DNA from: Octopus sinensis
Lineage: Eukaryota
Length of the DNA stretch: 64,000 nt
Direction of reading: 5' to 3'
NCBI RefSeq assembly: GCF_006345805.1
Contig: NC_043000.1
Location: 122,512,001 to 122,576,000, forward strand
Notes under the pieces: model-generated
What the model was told of the DNA's origin: nothing
The model's input: only the letters and a program-made list of their open reading frames with translations
Database searches by the model: none
Position numbers and translations under genes: made by a program
Shown here: positions 55,230 through 64,000 of the stretch, in pieces
Layout of the letters: each line of letters begins with the position of its first letter
Position numbering within the stretch: position 1 is the first letter of the stretch

Positions 55230-56710
55230 CACAGGTGTTCTAAACGATTAGGTACGCTAGCTGAGTGCTGTAACAGCACCAAGGTTATAGACGAGGCGGT
55301 AGTCATGGAGCCATTGCAGATTTCCGATGCAGCGGATATATAATTTTTAAAGAGGACAACAAACATTAGGCAAGGCAAACATCTCAAGTCGTATATAATA
55401 TTATTATTGGAAAAAATTTTATTATTGGAAAAAAATATTTCCAATAATAATATTGTATACGACTTGAGATGTTTGCCTTGCCTTAACATTTGTTGTCCGC
55501 TTTAAAAATTATATATATATAAATTGACGTCATGACCACGAGTCAAGTGGAGAAGGCGGTAGGGCCGATTTGGGATGAAATTGTGTACCTTCCGAGAGCT
55601 ATTAAGTTTGGAGTATTGTAGGTGAGATTCAAGGACGTGGCAACAGCAAAAAAGAACGCAGCGACTACCATAATATTGAGGAAGTGGTGCTTATGCCTAC
55701 TTACCGTGGACAACGTGCGACCAGAGTTAGGGTGGATGGAAATCCACCAGACATAGATGTAGCCTGGATAGCAGCCGCTGTCCTTCTGGGTTCTCCAGAC
55801 CACAAAAACGCAACGTGTTATATGGAAGGGACATGATTATTCAAGCTTCAACTGAAACCTAGAAAACATCACAGAAACAATAATTATGGACGACGTGATA
55901 ATGAGGGTAATGGTGGAGGGCAGAATCCCTCGATGCTTTAAATGTGGCCTCAAAGGCCACATCAGAGTGGACTGCCCTTCATCGACCAAAAAGACGGAAA
56001 TGCAAGAGGAAGAGCCTCAGAAAGAGCAAGAAAAGAAAGAGGAAGAAAAAAATATCAACAGAAGTAGAGAAGAAAGAAATAGACAACGAATAGGAAACAA
56101 TAGGGAAAAGGAACAAAGAAAAAGAAAAAAGTAACCCCATAATCACCCAACACCCACCCACATCTTCTTCGACCCACCCTTCCCCTACAGACACCAAACT
56201 TGCCCATCCCCCTCTGACACAGAAAAATGTACAAACAGACAAGAACTCCCAAACTCCCGTCATCCAGACAAACAAAAAAAGATGCCACGCAGTATTATAT
56301 GATGACTCAAATGACAGACTGCGTAAAGAAGTGTTATCTGGGGAAGACTTGAACAACGAGTTTTGACAACATAAAGGGATGGCACTATTGCGTGTTGCGC
56401 TGGGATGAACAGAAAGAAAAAATAACAGGATTTAAAAGCGGACATAGGTGTTGGGAGGTGAAGATGGATTGGGACGTATTACCACAGTATATGACATACG
56501 AGGACGAGGAAGTGGTGGAAGAATTTGAAATCGATATTCTAGGTATAAATGAAGCCGCTACGAAGTGGAGCAGAGTGGCTTCATTTCATTTTTCATTTCA
56601 CTTTCCATGTCATTTTTCCATACGTTTATTCACATTTTTTCTCTGTCTGTATGTCCCCACATGTTGTGTATTGCCCCTTCTATGTCCACCCCGTAGTAAG
56701 TAATAGAAAA
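55230..56710 (+). mobile_element. ORF1-only retroposon with a CCHC zinc knuckle (pseudogenised)
   Basis: MTTSQVEKAVGPIWDEIVYL..MPTYRGQRATRVRVDGNPPDIDVAWIAAAVL..RVMVEGRIPRCFKCGLKGHIRVDC (CX2CX4HX4C at 55934-55975), then a K/E-rich tract and a C-terminal domain, then a short UTR and a degenerate related tail; no endonuclease or RT. Confidence 0.7.
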
Positions 56711-56719
56711 ATTTAAAAC

Positions 56720-57095
56720 ATTAGCACATCGGACTAAAAGCTTAGCAGTATTTCGTCTGCCGCTACGTTCTGAGTTCAAATTCCGCCGAGGTCGACTTTG
56801 CCTTTCATCCTTTCGTGGTCAATAAATAAAGTACCAGTTACGCACTGGGGTCTATATAATCGATTTAATCCGTTTGTCTGTCCTTGTTTGTCCTCTCTGT
56901 GTGTAGCCCCGTGTGGGTAGTAAAGAAATAGGTATTTCGTCTCCCGCTACGTTCTGAGTTCAAATTCCGCCGAAGTCGACTTTGCCTTTCATCCTTTCGG
57001 AGTCGATAAATTAAGTACCAGTTACGCACCGGGGCTGATCTAATCGACTGGCCCCTTCCCCAAAAATTTCGGGGCTTGTGCCTAGAGTAGAAAAG
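56720..57095 (+). mobile_element. SINE family A dimer; the second unit has the alternative tail
   Basis: Junction GAAATAGGTATTTC at 56925-56938. Confidence 0.9.
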
Positions 57096-57269
57096 TATAT
57101 ACAAATAACTGAGCATATTATAGGTTCTTTAATTAGAAAAAACTTTGTTCATTCACTCATCGAGGTAGAAACAGCAGCCGGATTTTCATTAAATCACTGT
57201 TTCTCATAAGGGAAGCAGAACTCCGCTTGGAATGGCGGACAAACTGCCGTATGAAATAAAATACAGATG

Positions 57270-57996
57270 GGATCTTTTCCTTTTGAACAGCAGTTTTCAA
57301 CACAATTTCTAGCTAACTAAACACTATTAAACTTCGTATACTGGTAGAATGTGTCAAAATAAAACATTTTTTCTCTTGGCTTTCTAGAGAAAATTGTAAT
57401 TTGTAAGTTTAGCGTAGTTTAATTTTTCGAATTTTAATCAATCAATGGCTTCTATTGAGCTAAAATCATTTGCTGCGTCTAAAACTGAGACAACATCCTG
57501 TCACTGACCCTAACCCAAAAATTTAGACTTTCGTTTTTTTTTATTAATTGCTAAATTAATTCAGTTGTTACGCGTGTGTCTAAAATTATTCGTTTTGTTT
57601 TTGTTTTGAGATACGCGTGTATTGTTTAAACTATTTTCCATTGCTTAAGAAAAAAAAAAACGAAAGGCTAAAACGAAAGCAATGAAAATAATTTAAACAA
57701 TTAACAAACAAAATAATTCTATAATTTTATACTCACGCTTTCCGTACGTAAACATAAGAGAGACAGGATGTTGCCTCAGTTTTAGACGCAGCAAATGATT
57801 TTAGCTCAATAGAGGGCATAGGATTGGTAAAAATTCGAAAAATTAAACTACGTTAAACTTACAAATTACAATTTTCTTAAGAAAGCCAAGAGAAAAAAAT
57901 GTTTTATTTTGACACGTTCTACCAGTACACGAACTTTAAAAGTATTTAGTTAACTAGAAATTGTATTGAAAACTGCCGTACAAAAGGAAAAGATCC
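57270..57996. mobile_element. Foldback element with about 230-bp TIRs
   Basis: 57270-57502 is the reverse complement of 57762-57996; termini GGATCTTTTCC; related to 44005-44430. Confidence 0.85.
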
Positions 57997-58807
57997 TACA
58001 GATAATTTAAAACTTTTAAATTTGGTGAAGAGGAAAGAGAATTGTTTTCTCTACTTTATTACAGAATATGCATTCCAGATTGATCTTTTTGGTGCTTCAC
58101 TTGGTAAAGGCTAGTAGCTGTAAAGTGACCTTCGTAATTAGACAGCCAATCATGCTTATAATTCTCTCCGAAATATTCGAAACGTGTGTTGTAAGCAACA
58201 GTAATAACTGTATATGTTGTAAGACACTCAACGCTATTCTTTTTTTTTTTTTGCACATTGCACTATCGTTTCTTTCTAAGTATTTGTTAATTCTAAAAGC
58301 TGTAGGACATTTTCGAGAGGATAGAAAGGTTTAACAACTCGGTTATTTTTTTATTTTTTATTTTTTTAGAGATTTATATGATTTAAATGATTACCCAGTT
58401 CTGAAACTGGAGTACGTCTCTGACAAGTTGCCACTTGGGATATTTTATGCTGCTGTTTACGCAAATGAATTGTATCGCTCTTAGAAATGGTTGATTAGCA
58501 TAATATAATACGATATTCAATTTGTGTCGTTTTCCTACATCGTGAGAAGAGCCATTCATACAACTTTTTTCTTTTTCTTTATTTTATTTATTCATTTATG
58601 TATTTATTTATATGACAAATACTGGGAGCTGTTGATCGTATATTACTCACCTGGGCATTCATTTTTTCCTATTTTCTATTTCAAGACTTGAAATTAAATA
58701 AGTCTTTTGGGTTCACAGTTTATCTGCTTCGCTACGGCGCATCTTTCTTTAATTCGCCCATTTTTATACGTGAGTATCATTGTGTGAATGTAAGATTGTC
58801 TTTCTTA

Positions 58808-59225
58808 AGGTGGCGAGCTGGCAGAAACGCTAGCACGCCAGGCAAAATGCTTAGCGATATTTCGTCTGTCGCTACGTTCTGAGTTCAAATTCCGCCGAGG
58901 ATCACTTTGCCTTTCATCCTTTCGGGGTCGATTAAATAAGTACCAGTTACGCACTGGGGTCGATATAATCGACTTAATCCGTTTGCCTTACCTTGTTTGT
59001 CCCCTCTGTGTTTAGCCCCTTGTGGGTAGTAAAGAAATAAGTATTTTGTCTGTCGTTACATTCTGAGTTCAAATTCCGCTGAGGTCGACTTTACCTTTCA
59101 TCCTTTCGGGGTCGATAAATAAAGTACCAGTTTCGCACTGGGTCGATTTAATCGACTTAATCCCTTTGTCTGTCCTTGTTTCTCCCCTCTATGTTTTGCC
59201 CCTTGTGGGTAGTAAAGAAATATAT
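58808..59225 (+). mobile_element. SINE family A dimer with one TSD (ATTGTCTTTCTT)
   Basis: TSD at 58795-58806 and 59226-59237; junction GAAATAAGTATTTT at 59034. Confidence 0.9.
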
Positions 59226-59619
59226 ATTGTCTTTCTTTCAGTCTCAATAAGTATAAGAGATTGATTAGTCGCATCATTGTCAAAATTAAAGACTCTCTTT
59301 CTCTCCGGAAATATGGTGTTTTCTAATTATCATTAATAAGTATATTAGGATGAAAGGAGACCTTCGGTGCATCCAAGTCCATCGTTTCTGTTTCATCCCG
59401 AGGCTAGGTTATTCGAGGTCGTTCGAGACGCCGGCTCCTCGCTGTTTTACATCAATGCCTCTGAGTCAGAGACATCAAAGTCTGTTTTCGACGACGAATG
59501 TTGTGTGTTGTATAAGCTTTAGTTTATAAAAAATTGCTCAGTATTCTACACTGACAGCTCAAAAACTTCTCGGTCTGAGAAACGATGCTTTATTTCAATA
59601 TACTTTTTTATATTTTTTT

Positions 59620-59960
59620 TTACTTGTTTCAGCCATTAGACTGCGGCCATGCTGGGGCATCACCTTGAAGAATTTTACTTGGACGAATCAACTCCAGTAC
59701 TTTATTTTATGCGTGGTACTTAAAGTATCGATCACTTTTGGCGAACCGCTCATTTACAGGATGTAAACACACCATCATCGGTTGTGGGGGACAGACAGAC
59801 ACAAAGTCACACACACACATTCCTTCAGTTTCCATCTACCAAATCTATTCACAGGGTTTTAGTGGGTCCGAGATTCTAGTAGAAGACACTTGCCCCAAGT
59901 CTCCCCGCAGTGGAACGGAAACCGGATGCATGTACTTGGGAAGCAAACGTCCTACCGCAC
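59620..59960 (-). mobile_element. SINE family B, degenerate
   Basis: Tail and head recognisable. Confidence 0.8.
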
Positions 59961-60639
59961 AGCTATGCGGATGTATCGTTGATGAATATGATATTATTTT
60001 AATGTATGTATTAAGATGTTAAACGGTGCATGAAGGGAAATTGTGCATCATGAATTTGCACCATTAATTCAACCTAATAAAACTTGAAGGCCAATATCAT
60101 ATTGGCAGCGTATTACCGACATATGAGGTAGTGTCTTGAAGTTGGTGCCTCCCGCCAATAATTTGTATATGTAGATACAGATGTACATGCGTAGATGTAT
60201 GAAGATATGTACATGGTTGTGGGGTAAACCATACCGCTGCGGTTGCATCGCTGGTGGGGAGAGGAGTATTAATATATGAAGACAAAGGTCAATGGCTTTC
60301 AAATTATTCGTGGAAATACAAAATATTGAACATGTCTTATATATGTATGAGTATGTGTGTAGGTGTGTGTGCAAGCAAGCGCGTGTTCGTGTGTGTGTGT
60401 GTGTGTGCGTGTGTGGACATGTCTGTACGTGCGTATAGATGTGTGCGTGTGTGAGTATAATTTCTTCAACACTCAATTTATTACTATACGAAGAAGGTTG
60501 TGAAACGGACGTGACCTTAAGGATGTCAAGTGGTTGAATAAATATATTCCCCCCTCACACCTCCTGAATTTTGTTTCATGTTATATATATATATATATAT
60601 AAACGATAAACGTCGCCCTTTTCAAACCTAACCAGACTC

Positions 60640-60901
60640 ATAGGTTTCTCTGGCGTATGTGTTCCCCCCAGCTGAACGACAGGCCAGTCCGTTGCAGCGT
60701 TACTCAAGAAACAGGAAGAGAGTGTGAGAGAAAGTTGTGGCGAAAGAGTACAACAGGGGTCGTCACCACCCCCTGCCAGAGCCTCGTGGAACTTTTAGAT
60801 GTTATCGCTCAGTAAACAAACACAACGCCCGATCTGGGAATCGAAACCGCGATCCTCCGACCGCGAGTCCGCTGCCCTAACCACTGGGCCATTGCGCCTC
60901 C
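60640..60901 (-). mobile_element. SINE family C with a V-domain-like tail
   Basis: Same architecture as 31985-32259. Confidence 0.85.
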
Positions 60902-61607
60902 ATATATACATACACACACACACACACATATATATATGTATATATATATATATACATACATATATATGTGTATGTATGTATTATGTATATGTATATATCT
61001 GTGTGTGCGTGTGTGCGTTGTCTATGCGTGTGGAGAGAGAGAGAGGTGGGGGAGAGAGATTAATCAAACAACTATTAGAGTGACACAGGCGGGACCAAGT
61101 GCCTGAAAAGCTGAAGTTTTTGACAAGGATATAATTTAATTATGTCAAATATATCTTTAAAATAGGGCGATAAATAATTATATTTTATTGGTAAACAGTC
61201 GAATGTTATGTTTTGGTGTATGCGTGTACTTTCAATTAGATGATTTTTGAGTGAGCCGATACTTGACATGAAATTTGGCGGTTTATATGTTGTCTGGTTT
61301 CTTCAAAAAAACAAAAACAGAAGCCTCACTGATGAACGGGATTGAAAGAAGGCTTCTAACAAAGGATCCACCGCAAAAGAATTTGGATTACTGCGAAAAA
61401 GACCCAGCAAGCCACAGACGACATGAAATCAATGCTGAACTGTAGAGTAATCTACCTTGCTTGCAACAACAGAGATAATGTACGGTGGTTATTGTTGACG
61501 GTAAGGACGCCGTAGGACATCAGCTATTGTTATGGCAGTCTTCTCATTCCAAGAGATCGAGAGAAAATACCTTGCTTCACATACAGAGACGAACTGGGGT
61601 AAATATA

Positions 61608-62015
61608 TATTTCTTTGCTCCCCAGAAGGGGATAAACATAGAGTAGACAAACAAGGACAGACAAAGGGATTAAATCGATTACATCGACCCCAGTGCGTAA
61701 CTGGTACTTAATTTATCGACCCCGAAAGGGTGAAGGGCAAAGTCGACCTCGGCGGAATTTGAACTCAGAACGTAGCGGCAGACGAAATACCTATTTCTTT
61801 GCAACCCACAAGGGGCTAAACTCAGAGAGGACAGACAAACGGATTAAGTCGATTATATCGATCCCAGTGCGTAACTGGTACTTATTTAATCGACCCCGAA
61901 AGGAGGAAAGGCAAAGTCGACCTCGGCGGAATTTGAACTCAGAACGTAGCGGCAGACGAAATACTGCTAAGTATTTTGCCCGGCGTGCTAGCGCTCTGCC
62001 AGCTCGCCGCCTTCT
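61608..62015 (-). mobile_element. SINE family A dimer with one 16-bp TSD
   Basis: TSD AACTGGGGTAAATATA at 61592-61607 and 62016-62031; junction GAAATACCTATTTC at 61784. Confidence 0.9.
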
Positions 62016-64000
62016 AACTGGGGTAAATATAAGGACAAGGAAATGCATATTAAACTGACCTGGTGCAATGAACAGTAATGCTTAGAGAGTTCAATTTTTG
62101 GAGGGGGCTTGCTTGGCACGTACAAAAAATATAGGATGTAAACATTTGTTTTTTTTTTGTTTTTAAATCTCAAAGATACTACTTATAGGAATGGTAAAAC
62201 TATATTGTTTCTATCTACATAAGCTGCAACAGTCTTGGTATTGTTTTTCTTTTGTTGTTCTTTCTTTTCTTTTGCTCAACCTCAGGTCAGTGTTTATGAA
62301 TCAGACTATTTATTTACAGGTATCCCAATTATAACCGCTGCATTTTAATATCCGCCATCAGTATAGACTTCTTCAGATAATGCATAGACATATTTTCAAG
62401 AAGCCACTTATTAAAAATATGGATATGTTTTGAAGGTGGTTTAGATTCTGTTTTTAGTAAATTAGGGACAAGGTAGAAGCTCGCTCATTCATAAAAAATT
62501 TTTTGTTAGTTTGTTGGTTTGTTTTTTCTTTTGTTTTGTTGGGTCTTTTTTTGTTTTTATTTTTGCATTACTTTTATCTCAGAAAATTGCAACTTGCAAC
62601 TGACAGACTTTCTATTCAAATGTGTCTGCTTTATCTCTCAACCGCTTAATGCCACAAAACCTGTATTAAGCTCCGGCTTAGTGCATTATAGAAATCTGCA
62701 ATAGAAATATTAATATATTATCAAGTTTCTTTGTGTCTCTTTTATTATATATATACATATATATATATCGAAATGAAACCTGTGTAATGAATACGCTAAA
62801 GTACATCTCAACTTGCCAGGGAAGCATAACTATCTAATTTTCACAACAGAACAATGCACTCTTAATGTTGTTCGCTGCACCTAGCAGCTTTATGTTAGGC
62901 TATAAATTGATGACATGTTGGAGGTTTCACTATATATTCATCATATATTAAATTTTCCCTTTCTGCATATCACCATTTAACTGCAAGGCAAATGAAACGT
63001 CAAAGTTCTCACCCTTGCTCCTTTTGAAAAGAATTGTCATTAGAACAAAAACAAATGAATTTGTTTGCGAGTGCAATTTCTGGAGATATAAAACTTTCAT
63101 TTTGGCTTATATCATTAAGTGCTAACTCGCAATTAACTACGTTATTCATACAGGTGACACTCCTGAAAATGTTTTCAATATCATTATGTCTAATCTCAGT
63201 TGTTCTATTCAGTAATCTATCACTAATTGAATATATTAGTCATTATTCTTATACGAAACTTATCAATCAACAGACGATGATGCATCTGCACATAATAGCT
63301 GAGTTTAGCATAAAAATGTAATAAAAAAAAACTATAAACAAACTATTTTATTGTGGTTGTTATTGCCATTAAATCGCAAATCCATTGTGATGAGACAGAT
63401 CTATGATCAACTCTGCTTCGCAATTATTTTTTTTTTCAGTTTTTTTCCCTTTTTTTCAAGATAATGTATTGTCTAAATTTTGAAAATGTGCGGCTCCTAT
63501 TTCTAGCAGCTCAAGCAACCACCTAGAGATTTCATCGTAGACTTTTTTCCATGATAAATAGCCAAGGAGCATAATTGGAAATTTCATCGCCCTCATAGAA
63601 ACACGAATGTTAAAAATTGATATGTAGCGGTAAAACTTCAAAGCTTTTAAACTGAAAAGGAAAAGCTTTTAAGATGAAAAGGTAGGTAGGTAGGTAGGTA
63701 GGTAGGTAGGTAGGTAGGTAGGTAGGTATAGGGAGGGATGTAAGTAGAGAAAGAGAGAGAAAAAGATACAAAGATAGATTAACTGATAGAGATATTATAT
63801 AGACAGACACACAGAAAGACAGATGAATTGAGAAATGTATGGATGGGTAGATGGATGGATAGATATATGTATAGTCAGTTAGATACAATACGTTGGCTTG
63901 AATGAAGGGGAGAAAAATAGCATTTAAAGTAACTGTTTGAAATTTTGACACAAAACCAGCAGTTTTGATGGGACGAGAATCCTGGATTACCTCGACCCCA

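Noticed and set aside
61693-62058. Recurrent peptide RNWYLIYRPRKDERQSRPRRNLNSER in many ORFs
   Set aside because: Antisense translation of SINE A; not a protein family.
62780-63420. Repeat-free non-coding block that might be a conserved enhancer
   Set aside because: Cannot be supported without cross-species alignment.

Overview
Eukaryotic, AT-rich, microsatellite-dense genomic DNA. The SINE families and repeat make-up point to an octopus (Octopus sp.); this is recognition from memory, not a database hit. Almost all ORFs in the supplied track are microsatellite or antisense-SINE artefacts. Supportable content: (1) a hand-built minus-strand spliced gene of unknown function, 7 phase-consistent exons from 15860 to 6507, about 204 aa, possibly extending further upstream; (2) three tRNA-derived SINE families (here A, B, C) in dozens of copies; (3) relics of CR1/L2-type LINEs, a Tx1/L1-type LINE, Penelope-like elements (one with a hammerhead ribozyme motif), Tc1/mariner transposons and several MITE/foldback elements. 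The most interesting signal is a candidate three-tier retroposon system. A Tx1-like LINE 3' end (19-bp TSD), RT-less ORF1-only elements (46880-47379, 47477-48438 with a 17-bp TSD, 55230-56710 with a CCHC knuckle) and SINE A all share a 3' tail ending ...GCCC(N3)GTGG(N2-3)ARTAAAGAAA, more degenerate in the 55230-56710 copy. SINE A also forms head-less multimers joined at one precise palindromic junction (GAAATA-GG-TATTTC).
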